Shown here piece after piece: positions 19,344 to 27,983 of a DNA stretch of 64,000 nucleotides. Origin of the DNA: a virus (taxonomy: Duplodnaviria > Caudoviricetes). Position 1 is the stretch's first letter, and every line of letters begins with the position of its first letter. The stretch lies in the IMG/VR virus record IMGVR_UViG_3300020050_009209; one strand, 5' to 3'. The position numbers and the translations under genes were made by a program. Below the pieces are notes generated by a model. The model was not told where the DNA came from, ran no database searches, and worked only from the letters and a program-made list of their open reading frames with translations.

Positions 19344-19455
19344 CCTCAGGGGTAAAAGACTGAGCCTATTGCATGGTGTCCTGGGAGACCCAGGGACGGC
19401 GTAAGTATTCTCCGCTCATGAAACACAATAGGCTCGTTCTTTTGCCCCTCTGAGG
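19344..19455 (+). ncRNA. structured RNA motif copy B
   Basis: Covaries with 18904-19010. Confidence 0.8.
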
Positions 19456-19690
19456 CCCCAATGCTCTGCGGTTACTGCCTAGGTTGCTCTTTCTGCTCCG
19501 AACGTGAGGAGACCCTCTCTGAGAAGCGAGAGCGTACCCGTAGGGAGGATACAGCCCTTCGAGCACAAGGCCTCCCTACCTTCAAAGTGAAGATGAGGGA
19601 GTTCTTCAGGATAAGTCCAGAACGCCCCTCAACGTAAGGTACTGTATGGGAGCTAAGAGCTTCCATCCTCATCTAACTACTGAGTAACCC

Positions 19691-19864
19691 ATGTTCAAGC
19701 TCGTCCTACGCCCACGATTCGACTCAGATAACTCCTACACTAGCGATGTCACCTTCTCCCAGACCGAGGACGGTCACCTTATGATCGACTTGGGCGATCG
19801 AAGGATTGAGATAGACAAGGACGACATTAGCAAGCTCAGAAAATTGCTTGACTTGAGTCAATAG
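19691..19864 (+). CDS. 57-aa microprotein
   Basis: Manual translation MFKLVLRPRFDS...; not in ORF track. Confidence 0.6.
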   Translation: MFKLVLRPRFDSDNSYTSDVTFSQTEDGHLMIDLGDRRIEIDKDDISKLRKLLDLSQ

Positions 19865-20334
19865 TCCTTAAGGGTTAGCCCTGAGCGTACGTAGTAGAGT
19901 GTGGGTCACCTGAGACGTGACCCCTCTAAAACCGCGTGATTATCTTTTCGATTACCGGTAAGAGCCCAAAACCGCGTATTCAGTTAGCGTATGGTCATGG
20001 TGCGGCGGTAAACCCCAAACTAAAAGACTATCCAAGACAGACTAGACTACCCAAGACCCACCCCTCTTCAACGACCAAAAATCCCTTTCCTACAGCAACG
20101 ACCAGGGTCAGAAAATTTCTAGGGGAAATTTTTTGAGGGTCCAGAAAACTCAAAGAGCATGGCAACGAGTTTCCGATTCACTGCAACTGCAAATCGAAAT
20201 GGTATGGGGGCCAAGAACCCTGGGGTATACAACCCCTGCACCTGCCACCCGATACAGTGGGGGGCTAAGAAGGCAGCCCGTCGAGCCCGGAGACGAATCT
20301 CCAAGCAAGTCATCCTAGAGGGACTGAAGAACCA

Positions 20335-20700
20335 ATGAACCTACGAATCGTACGTTACCACCTCTTGAGGGGGGAACGAGAACTCGACCAAGGGGCGGCC
20401 GAGGTTTCGGTTGACATGCGAACTGGGGCCACCAACCTGACGTTCGGATGGGACAAGAGCACTCTCTACGTTTGGGCTCTAGAGGACAGCCGGACCCTGC
20501 TGAGGAACCGTAGGTTTAGGGTCATCTTCTGCCGAAGCACGACAGCGCAAGAGTTCCAGGTGGGGAACCCCGATATGCCCGATACGCTCTCCACCGATCG
20601 GGAGGTAGGGGAGTTCCTTGGGTTTGCCGACCGATTCGCTTTAAGCCCATGGAAGGACTACTTCCTGTATGGTCGAGCCTACATCTTCGAGGTCCAATGA
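20335..20700 (+). CDS. hypothetical protein (paralog of 24143-24511)
   Basis: YxL...GA...VWALE...RxF shared pattern. Confidence 0.75.
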   Translation: MNLRIVRYHLLRGERELDQGAAEVSVDMRTGATNLTFGWDKSTLYVWALEDSRTLLRNRRFRVIFCRSTTAQEFQVGNPDMPDTLSTDREVGEFLGFADRFALSPWKDYFLYGRAYIFEVQ

Positions 20701-20915
20701 AAACCGACCGCGACAAGTTGGACGAACGACTGGATGAGGCTCACTACGTGAGTTGCCCGCAAGACTTCAAGGGGGACTTGCTACGAGCTTACGAAGTAGC
20801 TGACAACCCCAAGGCTGAGGCAGCGTTTTTCATCGCGTGCCATCATATGGCTTTGTTGGGAGGGCACAAGGACGTAGCCGTGCTCTTTGCGGATCTTGTG
20901 ACCCTGATTAAGTGA
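20697..20915 (+). CDS. hypothetical protein
   Basis: ATGA coupling; FKGDL...NPKAE. Confidence 0.7.
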   Translation: MKTDRDKLDERLDEAHYVSCPQDFKGDLLRAYEVADNPKAEAAFFIACHHMALLGGHKDVAVLFADLVTLIK

Positions 20916-20919
20916 CCCT

Positions 20920-21234
20920 ATGCCGAACTCTGACCTCGACAAGTTGAAGGAACGGATAGACGAGACGGGCCTTTACGTTAAGCCTAGGCTGTTGCAGTGT
21001 TTGGATTGCCAACAGATAGGAGAGCTGTACATGCTAGAGCACTCGGTATGGCTTGAGGCCATACCGGACTATCGAGAGTTCATCCGGCATGGCTTCAATC
21101 ACATATACCTGTGTTTGCAGTGTGTGCAAGTGCGTCTTGGTCGTAAGCTTACGCTATCAGACTTCATGGATGCGCGAGCCAATGAGCTACTGTTCTTCGG
21201 CTACGAGCTGGCAAGTGGGGTTTCAAAGACATGA
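20920..21234 (+). CDS. hypothetical Zn-finger protein
   Basis: CLDC..YML...VW...LCLQC...RLGRKL..SDF. Confidence 0.8.
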   Translation: MPNSDLDKLKERIDETGLYVKPRLLQCLDCQQIGELYMLEHSVWLEAIPDYREFIRHGFNHIYLCLQCVQVRLGRKLTLSDFMDARANELLFFGYELASGVSKT

Positions 21235-21692
21235 CTACTTGGAAGACGACATGGTTGGCCAGGCTACACGTTCGGTTCCGTAAGTGGTTGCTGCCGAGGC
21301 TGCACCATCCCATCTGCCCCTTGCACCGGTACGAGTTCATCCGGATGCTAGAGCTATTCCACCATCGTAAGCCGCACACGCGATCAAAGATTCTAGTTAA
21401 GTCTCTCCCCACACAACCCGTAGGAGTTAGCATGCAAATGAACATGAACATGAAGGGCACCTTGGTCTTCATGCGAGACCTGGAGGAGGACGGGTACTTC
21501 CTCTGCTTCTGGGAGGGCAATAAGGTCTTCCGAGAGTTTCGCGTCACCCGAGCAGACGAGTTTCGATTTCTCCTTCAGGAGTGGGACACCTGGGAAACGG
21601 TGGAAGCTGCCCCTACCACCATTCAGGAGGCTGAGAGAGTGGCACAAGCGATTTACGCGGTCACTAAGCCTTGGGAGGGGTTTAACCAGTGA
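21231..21692 (+). CDS. hypothetical protein
   Basis: ATGA coupling. Confidence 0.65.
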   Translation: MTTWKTTWLARLHVRFRKWLLPRLHHPICPLHRYEFIRMLELFHHRKPHTRSKILVKSLPTQPVGVSMQMNMNMKGTLVFMRDLEEDGYFLCFWEGNKVFREFRVTRADEFRFLLQEWDTWETVEAAPTTIQEAERVAQAIYAVTKPWEGFNQ

Positions 21693-21952
21693 GCTTCGAG
21701 CCAGGCTACTACTGGGTCAAAGGTCATGGTGTCTGTAAGTACTCCCATGCCACTGGAGGGCTAGCTTACAACACTGGGGAGCCTACTCACGTTGTGAACC
21801 CCTACCAGTTCGATTCAAACAAATTTGAAGGGAACCTCTACGTCGACTCTACGGACATTACCAGACCAGCGTCTGAAAAAGAAGCCAAGTCGTACAAGGC
21901 AGCAGTTCGGAGAAAGCTCACTTCCTCAGGCGTGAAAAGAAAAACTAGTTAA
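21689..21952 (+). CDS. hypothetical protein
   Basis: GTGA coupling; stop in promoter TTAA. Confidence 0.7.
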   Translation: MSFEPGYYWVKGHGVCKYSHATGGLAYNTGEPTHVVNPYQFDSNKFEGNLYVDSTDITRPASEKEAKSYKAAVRRKLTSSGVKRKTS

Positions 21953-21983
21953 GGCCGTTACCCCAAAGGACGTAGGTCTCTAC

Positions 21984-22097
21984 ATGAACTACGATGACTG
22001 GAAAGCGACGGACCCCCGAGACACTGACCGCGACTATGACCTCGAAGGAGAGGAAGACCACTTCGAGATCGAAAAAGACTACTCTGGTGAAGACTGA
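21984..22097 (+). CDS. 37-aa highly acidic microprotein (MNYDDWKATDP...)
   Basis: Not in ORF track; ATG 9 nt after promoter. Confidence 0.75.
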   Translation: MNYDDWKATDPRDTDRDYDLEGEEDHFEIEKDYSGED

Positions 22098-22198
22098 TTC
22101 CGTGTGACCGTGTACTCCTGGGATACCCAACAGGTGACGGCTCTGCCTTAGGGAGCGTTAACAACGTCTATTCAACCAACCCGGCACGGGTGTAGAGT

Positions 22199-22592
22199 AT
22201 TGGGTAAGTGCTGACACCTCGGAAAGACGGGGAAATTTCTTAACTCCTACTGGCGAGACACGTTAAGTGTCGGGACACGCGTGGCTTGGAATCGTTCCAG
22301 TCACGGAACCAACGTAGGAGCTGTAGTCAACTTAGCAAGGCAGTCCATTCTCCGGAATAAATCTCCGGACGCGTCTGCCCCAAGTAGGGTGGCGAAGGGT
22401 AAAGCCGAGAGGCGAGCAAAACCCATGCCCCGAATTTGCTGCGGGGCGCTTTTCTTACTTTGAGAGTTGAAATGCACATCCGTGACTGGGTTGTCGTAAC
22501 CTGAGGGCCTCATCCTTCCTCTAGCCTCGGCAATTCGGAGCACACCCCCAGGCCTGATGAACCTGGAAGGTTCGGTTCAAACCCGAAGTGTA
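22199..22592 (+). ncRNA. cluster of structured non-coding RNAs ending in a tRNA-like module
   Basis: Leader hairpin 22211-22232; stems CTCCTAC/GTAGGAG (22244-22320) and TCAACT/AGTTGA (22327-22470); T-arm TTCGG-TTCAAAC-CCGAA (22571-22587). Confidence 0.65.
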
Positions 22593-22685
22593 AGGGGACG
22601 CCAACGCCCACGTCATGTGTTAGGGTCACGAGTGTGCTTTTCAACTTTCAATAGATCTAGAAGCCAATCAACGCACGAGAAACAT

Positions 22686-23234
22686 ATGAAACTCATTGGG
22701 TGGAAGAAATCCGTAACGACAGAGCAGCGACGTCGTATTGTGGTGGAGGTCATCACGCGCTCCCCCGTGAATGGGTACGACGGTGCCACAGTGACGCATG
22801 AGGATCTTACGCAGGAAGACTGGGAGAAGGTGATGGCGGAAGTCTCATCCGAGAACACATCGCTGTCAGAGGAAGTGAGTGCGTGGAAAAAAAGTTGGGA
22901 CAAGGTACGCCAAGAGCTGCGGGACGCCAACAACACGTCCCAGCACCTGGCAGCAAGCATTCTGAAAATACACCAGGAGATCGACCCAGTCACTGTTGAC
23001 AACTTGTGGGAGGGCTCTGGTAGGGTAGACCGCATCGTGAGCCTTATACGGAAAATGCGGAAGTTCCAGTTCCCAACCATAGCCAGAGAGGACCTGGACA
23101 GCATCACTGACAAGGTGTACTCCACGGAATTCGACACTCCTACTCTGCCATCAAAATCCATAAAGAATGTGGTAGTAAACATCGTTGCGATCGTTCTCGA
23201 CCGAGCACACCCCCAAGGACTGGAGAGTAAGTGA
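22686..23234 (+). CDS. hypothetical coiled-coil protein
   Basis: Start moved to ATG 22686 because the upstream part overlaps ncRNA. Confidence 0.7.
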   Translation: MKLIGWKKSVTTEQRRRIVVEVITRSPVNGYDGATVTHEDLTQEDWEKVMAEVSSENTSLSEEVSAWKKSWDKVRQELRDANNTSQHLAASILKIHQEIDPVTVDNLWEGSGRVDRIVSLIRKMRKFQFPTIAREDLDSITDKVYSTEFDTPTLPSKSIKNVVVNIVAIVLDRAHPQGLESK

Positions 23235-23255
23235 GCCTGGGATCGAACGGACATG

Positions 23256-23382
23256 CCCTTTTCTTCCTAGGTCTGGAAGCCAAGCGGTCTAGTTCAACGA
23301 GACTGATCCTCTCTGTGAGCTAGGACGTGGGGTCAACGCACGGGAAAACCTAGCCCTGCTTCCAGACCTAGGAAGAAAAGGG
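23256..23382. repeat. perfect 25-bp inverted repeat enclosing 77 nt
   Basis: cccttttcttcctaggtctggaagc ... gcttccagacctaggaagaaaaggg. Confidence 0.9.
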
Positions 23383-23418
23383 TTAAGCCTAGACCCCTCA
23401 ATCACGTAGGTCTTTACA

Positions 23419-23619
23419 TGGAGAGGTTGGCCACCTCAACCAGACACCTCTAGCGTATGGACTCGGTCCTACCTGAGAGGTTAACCTTGTAGCGATGAAA
23501 GAGAGCCCAAGTCAATGAATATAATCGTGCGGAGGGAGTCCGCTGTTAGAGAGTAAGTAGCCCTCCTGATCAGTGGGTACACTCTCGGGGTAGAGTTCCA
23601 AACGGAACTCTACCTTTTT
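23419..23619 (+). ncRNA. ~200-nt ncRNA copy 1 (own promoter and terminator)
   Basis: Homologous to 40905-41133(-); no conserved reading frame; covarying 3' stem. Confidence 0.85.
23589..23619 (+). terminator. intrinsic terminator
   Basis: ggtagagttcc-aaac-ggaactctacc-ttttt. Confidence 0.85.
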
Positions 23620-23695
23620 GGCGTTGAGAGTGGGAAATCAAGTAACTTTGAGTATTGTAGTTAAAGCCTCCTCTTCCCCGTACGTAGGTCTCTAC

Positions 23696-23938
23696 ATGAG
23701 CACCGCAAACTACCTCGCTCTCTGGCAAGCTGGAAACAACGAGGGGGACGGTTACGACCCTGACTTTGGAGGCGATGACGTCCATGCAGCTGCCGCAGGT
23801 TACGAGGGAGAGGGAGCCACCGTGCTCCACTGGTCGACCACGGACGATGACGTGACGGTTCTGGACTACTACGGCGTACTGATCGCCATTGGGGATGCTC
23901 ACGGTCCTTGGGCGGTCACGATTGACCGGGGTATCTGA
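23696..23938 (+). CDS. small acidic hypothetical protein
   Basis: ATG 9 nt after promoter; ends DAHGPWAV. Confidence 0.8.
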   Translation: MSTANYLALWQAGNNEGDGYDPDFGGDDVHAAAAGYEGEGATVLHWSTTDDDVTVLDYYGVLIAIGDAHGPWAVTIDRGI

Positions 23939-23975
23939 AATTTAGGCTTCCTCGTAAAACCTGATGGCGTAAAGT

Positions 23976-24146
23976 ATGCAACCTACTTCTTCGATTCTGG
24001 GCTCTGCTGCAAGTCATAAAACAGATCTCATGAGGGTTACTCAGGAGAACATCACTCGTCTTGAAGCTGCCCTTGTTGCTGGGTGGGACGTAAGAGAAGA
24101 ACTAGCTCTGGAACGCAGACGCCTTGAGGCGTACTCAAAGGAATGA
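23976..24146 (+). CDS. 56-aa protein (paralog of 41533-41733)
   Basis: RLEAALxAGWDV..xLxLERxR shared; not in ORF track. Confidence 0.7.
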   Translation: MQPTSSILGSAASHKTDLMRVTQENITRLEAALVAGWDVREELALERRRLEAYSKE

Positions 24147-24511
24147 CGATGCTGCAACTTAAGAAGTATGTCCTACCTAACTTTGGGGTAAGCTCGATTG
24201 AGCTACCTCGTGGAGCTACTGTCGTACACATTACTTTTGAAGGTACTAAGGCATTTGAATTTCCAGCTCTTTGGGTGCTGGAAAGCGTTCGTCCTAGAGC
24301 TGCCCTTGAGGGGTCTCTTGAAGAGAGAACGTTCAGGGCAGTGGAGACCCAAACCTACGGCCCTGACGTCTCTGATAGTTGGGAGGTTGCCCCTAACACA
24401 GTGGAAAAGTACCTTGGAGCATGCCCTGTCCTGAGAACAGACCCATGGGGTAAAGTTTACATGTGTGGCTCATTCCACGTTTTTGAGATAGTGACGCCCT
24501 TAGGTGGGTAG
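24143..24511 (+). CDS. hypothetical protein (paralog of 20335-20700)
   Basis: KKYVL..IELPRGA...LWVLE...RTF...HVFE. Confidence 0.8.
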   Translation: MTMLQLKKYVLPNFGVSSIELPRGATVVHITFEGTKAFEFPALWVLESVRPRAALEGSLEERTFRAVETQTYGPDVSDSWEVAPNTVEKYLGACPVLRTDPWGKVYMCGSFHVFEIVTPLGG

Positions 24512-24593
24512 ACCCAGCCTGAGCCACACAGAAAGCTTCGTCAGTGGGGTGGTTTGAGTTAAACTTCCTAGGCAACTCTTCGTAGGTACAGAC

Positions 24594-24854
24594 ATGAACA
24601 CCTCCTCTAAGGTTACGGTTGGCTCCTCGGTCAAAATCCTCAAGGGCTGTAGGGCTAGGAACATCTCCAAGGGGTCTGCCAAGATCCATGATGTGGTTGA
24701 GCTGGGAGCGGAGTACGGTGGAGGAGTTCGCGTTCTCCTCTCCTACAAGGGTCGACTTATCGCGTTCTACGCGAGACACACCAACCGGTTGGGGGACCCT
24801 GAGGTTAACCTCAACGATGGAAACCCCCTCCACAACATCAAGATCTCCCTCTAA
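24594..24854 (+). CDS. hypothetical protein
   Basis: ATG 9 nt after promoter. Confidence 0.8.
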   Translation: MNTSSKVTVGSSVKILKGCRARNISKGSAKIHDVVELGAEYGGGVRVLLSYKGRLIAFYARHTNRLGDPEVNLNDGNPLHNIKISL

Positions 24855-24861
24855 GGAAACG

Positions 24862-25344
24862 ATGAGTCCCCTTACAAATGAAGAGCTTCGCGAAGTGTAC
24901 CTCTCGGGGTTCGTGAAGTCCGCGCAGGACGTAACCTCTCAGGAGGACCCGCGTAGTGCAGGATTCCGAGCCTTGTTTGAGTACGGTCGAACTTACAACT
25001 CCACCACTTCGGCTCCAGGACCTGTGGAAGTCAAACTAAGTATCACCCCTGGGGTCGCCCGTGTAAACGCAGCACACCTAGCTTACACGGCCCCCAACAT
25101 CGTGTGCATCGATATTGACATGCACTCCAAGTATGCCGTCAGTGACGGTGGCGAGGATGGGGACCAGGACTTTGCGCCAGCGATCTACATTGAGGCGGAC
25201 GAGAGAACCCTCCATAAGCATACCAGATTCAAGAGGGATACTCGGGTAGCCTTCCCGGAGTTCAAGGGCTGGAAGGTTTACCTCCAGAGTTGTTGTCGCT
25301 ACACATGCCGGGTAGTTCTGGTTCGAGTAACTGAGGGGACTTAG
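24862..25344 (+). CDS. hypothetical protein
   Basis: AAGGA RBS before ATG 24862. Confidence 0.7.
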   Translation: MSPLTNEELREVYLSGFVKSAQDVTSQEDPRSAGFRALFEYGRTYNSTTSAPGPVEVKLSITPGVARVNAAHLAYTAPNIVCIDIDMHSKYAVSDGGEDGDQDFAPAIYIEADERTLHKHTRFKRDTRVAFPEFKGWKVYLQSCCRYTCRVVLVRVTEGT

Positions 25345-25347
25345 AGC

Positions 25348-25641
25348 ATGGCACTCAAGCAGAGAACAGAAGTAGTTCACATAGTGGACTACTTCGACCT
25401 AGATGCGTTCATCGAGGAAGCTTGCGGGATTGAAATCGAGTGCCAGCAGATCGAGTGTTGGGGTAATAACACCCAGCATCGGTTCGTTGCGAAGCCCCTT
25501 AGAAGCTACGAGAAGGAGTTGTGGGAGGAGATTAAAACTACCAAGGTGGTCAAGGACTACAGCCTCCGTACGATTTTGAACGGCCTCTGCACTGAAGGTA
25601 AGTTAGAGGAGGGCGTGTACCTCATCATGGTCTGCTGGTAA
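25348..25641 (+). CDS. hypothetical protein
   Basis: Ends GKLEEGVYLIMVCW. Confidence 0.8.
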   Translation: MALKQRTEVVHIVDYFDLDAFIEEACGIEIECQQIECWGNNTQHRFVAKPLRSYEKELWEEIKTTKVVKDYSLRTILNGLCTEGKLEEGVYLIMVCW

Positions 25642-25701
25642 ATTACTGCGAAGGGTATGAAACCAGTTAAGAGCCACTCTCAAGAAAACGTAGGTCTCAG
25701 T

Positions 25702-25926
25702 ATGAGCAATCGTAAAGACTCCCAAGGCTTCGATACGAAGGTGACCTTTCTGGGAAAGGGTTACGGGGTTCGAGTTCTCCGAAACGGTAAAGTCGTGTCG
25801 GAAGCTACGACACCTACAAAACTTCAAATCGGTTCGACCATCAAAGACATGCTCCGCATGATCGACAAGTGCGGGAACCCAAGCGAGATGGCTAGCTCCT
25901 CTCGCGACCGCAGAAAGACTGCTTGA
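25702..25926 (+). CDS. hypothetical protein
   Basis: ATG 9 nt after promoter. Confidence 0.8.
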   Translation: MSNRKDSQGFDTKVTFLGKGYGVRVLRNGKVVSEATTPTKLQIGSTIKDMLRMIDKCGNPSEMASSSRDRRKTA

Positions 25927-26636
25927 TGCTCTTTAGAGATATCCCACCATTCACTAGGTCATCCAGCTACATGGTCAACGTGGGGCTGGATTACCTGTCT
26001 GCTCACTACGCTCGGTACGTTGTACATTACGGGCTCGACGTGAACCCAGACTTCCAGCGTAACTACGTCTGGACTCCGGAGCAGAAGACTCGATTCGTTG
26101 AGTATTTTCTCCGAGGTGGTACGTCTGGGTTGGACATCTACGTGAACTCCCCAACGTTCCACGGTGGGAACTTGGGTCCAGAACACCCTGAGTCCTGGTG
26201 TGTTCTCGTGGACGGCAAGCAACGTCTGGACGCGGCCCTTGGGTTCCTCAACAACGAGGTCCCTGTTTTTGACGGACACTATTTCCGAGACTTCACGGAC
26301 AAGCCAAGGTTCACTCAGTGCAACTTTCGCTGGCATGTCAATGACTTGAAGACTCGCGAGGAGTGTCTTCAGTGGTACCTAGACCTCAACTCTGGTGGGA
26401 CGGTCCACCAGCCTGAGGAGCTAGACAAGGTACGAGAGCTTCTGGCTAAGAATGAGCCGTACGCTAAGCCGTCTCACGAAACCATCCTAAGTCAGTCTCG
26501 ACTCGACCGTCCATCGGTCCAGGAAGAGGTCCAACTGATTGCTGTAGAGCAGGAGAAGTACCGCCTCACGGCTGAAACGCGAAAGCAGAGCCCACCTCCC
26601 ATCAAAAAGAAGGGGCGCTCAAGGGGCGCCAGGTGA
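25923..26636 (+). CDS. DUF262 (GmrS/ParB-Srx-like) domain protein
   Basis: NPDFQRNYVW and VDGKQRL motifs. Confidence 0.85.
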   Translation: MMLFRDIPPFTRSSSYMVNVGLDYLSAHYARYVVHYGLDVNPDFQRNYVWTPEQKTRFVEYFLRGGTSGLDIYVNSPTFHGGNLGPEHPESWCVLVDGKQRLDAALGFLNNEVPVFDGHYFRDFTDKPRFTQCNFRWHVNDLKTREECLQWYLDLNSGGTVHQPEELDKVRELLAKNEPYAKPSHETILSQSRLDRPSVQEEVQLIAVEQEKYRLTAETRKQSPPPIKKKGRSRGAR

Positions 26637-26680
26637 GGATTTAAGTTAAGTCTCCCTCCGCTATCTACGTAGGGTCTAAC

Positions 26681-26878
26681 ATGAGAGTTAAAAACCAAGT
26701 CGTCGAGTGCGAGTTGACAGAGGAAGACATGGCTGTTCTGAGGGACATGGCATTCGAGTTCAAACGACGAGCCTGGAGGCTTCTCAAGAACTCAAACCCT
26801 GACTTGAGTGGGACGGCTACCGAGTCGGTAGCCACGCACCTGTGTAACGACCTGATCAAAGAGGTTCAATTCCGATGA
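26681..26878 (+). CDS. hypothetical protein
   Basis: ATG 9 nt after promoter. Confidence 0.75.
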   Translation: MRVKNQVVECELTEEDMAVLRDMAFEFKRRAWRLLKNSNPDLSGTATESVATHLCNDLIKEVQFR

Positions 26879-27462
26879 GTCACCATAGTAATCAAAGAGT
26901 AGTTATGCTCCCCCCTACCGTCTCATTTCACCCAAACTTTCTGAGAGACCCTGGGGCGGTATTTGATACCCTCCGGGGTGCATCAGCTTGGGAGCAGAAG
27001 AGTGTTCGAATCTATGGGAGGCACATCCCTCAGCCTCGCTTGATCGCGTGGTACGGGGACCCTGGCACCTCATACACGTACTCAGGGCTCAGGGTAGACC
27101 CCAACCCATGGTTCCCTGCCCTAGCCTCTCTGAAGGACGAGGTTGAACGAACTACGGGAGCCACCTTCAACTCGGTTCTCCTCAACCTGTACCGTAACGG
27201 GTCGGATTCTATTGCGTGGCATGCAGACGATGAACCGGAACTTGGCTCGGATCCGACGATCGCCTCTGTAAGTCTTGGAGCTACACGTAAGTTTCAGCTC
27301 AAACACAACCTGACGAAGCAGGCCTTCAGTGTAGACCTAACCTCAGGAAGTCTCCTCGTGATGGCTGGGAGCGTCCAGGAGAGCTACAAACACGCGGTTT
27401 TGAAAACGACCCGTCCTGTTGGAGAGCGGATTAACCTGACGTTTCGGCGAATTTTCAGTTAA
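26875..27462 (+). CDS. alkB: AlkB-family (ALKBH2/3-like) 2OG-Fe(II) dioxygenase
   Basis: PRLIAWYG, NLYRNGSDSIAWHADDE (HxD), distal H, RINLTFR. Confidence 0.92.
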   Translation: MSHHSNQRVVMLPPTVSFHPNFLRDPGAVFDTLRGASAWEQKSVRIYGRHIPQPRLIAWYGDPGTSYTYSGLRVDPNPWFPALASLKDEVERTTGATFNSVLLNLYRNGSDSIAWHADDEPELGSDPTIASVSLGATRKFQLKHNLTKQAFSVDLTSGSLLVMAGSVQESYKHAVLKTTRPVGERINLTFRRIFS

Positions 27463-27500
27463 GTCTCCCGCAAGGAGTGCCGTAGGTACTCTCGGAGGCA

Positions 27501-27719
27501 ATGAAAATGTCAGACTATCGAAAGTGGATCAAGAAGGTGGTGGCGCTTGTGAGTAAGCTCGGCTGGAAGGTCGACCAGAAGAACCACTACAAGTTCAAGT
27601 CCCCGAACGGAGGCACGACCGTGATCGCGCCTTGCACCCCCAGTAGTTACAACGCCATGTGGACGGTTCGGAGAGATTTCCGTAAGGCCGGACTCGAATT
27701 GGATATGAGCAGCCTCTAG
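27501..27719 (+). CDS. HicA-like mRNA interferase
   Basis: LGWKV..KNHYKFKSPNG..V..PCTPS pattern; 72 aa; GGAGG RBS. Confidence 0.65.
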   Translation: MKMSDYRKWIKKVVALVSKLGWKVDQKNHYKFKSPNGGTTVIAPCTPSSYNAMWTVRRDFRKAGLELDMSSL

Positions 27720-27725
27720 TTACTC

Positions 27726-27798
27726 GGGACCTTAGCTCAGTTGGTAGAGCTGCGGACTTTTAATCCGTAGGTCGTGGGTTCAAGTCCCACAGGTCCCA
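27726..27798 (+). tRNA. tRNA-Lys (anticodon TTT)
   Basis: Full cloverleaf: GGGACCT/AGGTCCC, D GCTC/GAGC, anticodon arm GCGGA-CTTTTAA-TCCGT, T-arm GTGGG-TTCAAGT-CCCAC. Confidence 0.97.
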
Positions 27799-27802
27799 CA
27801 AA

Positions 27803-27942
27803 CTGGATACTAACGTAGCGAAGGTGCCTAAGTTAGGACTCCAGCGAGGAGTTACCCGTTCCCACGTAGATAGAGTGCCTCACCCTTCCCCCACTGGACT
27901 TGTGAAGCCCAACCGGATGGTCAATGAGGTACTTAAACGGTA
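27803..27942 (+). ncRNA. putative structured RNA downstream of tRNA-Lys
   Basis: Stems CTGGA/TCCAG, CTAAC/GTTAG, TACCCGTT/AACGGTA, AGTGCCTCA/TGAGGTACT; no ORF; precedes terminator. Confidence 0.5.
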
Positions 27943-27943
27943 G

Positions 27944-27983
27944 AGAGGGAGGTTAGGATGCAGCTAACCTCCCTCTTGTTTTT
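27944..27983 (+). terminator. intrinsic terminator
   Basis: agagggaggttag-gatgcag-ctaacctccctct-tgttttt. Confidence 0.85.

Noticed and set aside
22281-22543. ORFs 22281-22463 and 22301-22543
   Set aside because: Overlap stem-rich non-coding RNA structures; no RBS or protein-like features
22554-22560. Hammerhead ribozyme core CTGATGA
   Set aside because: Lies in a simple hairpin loop with no correctly placed GAAA/stem III
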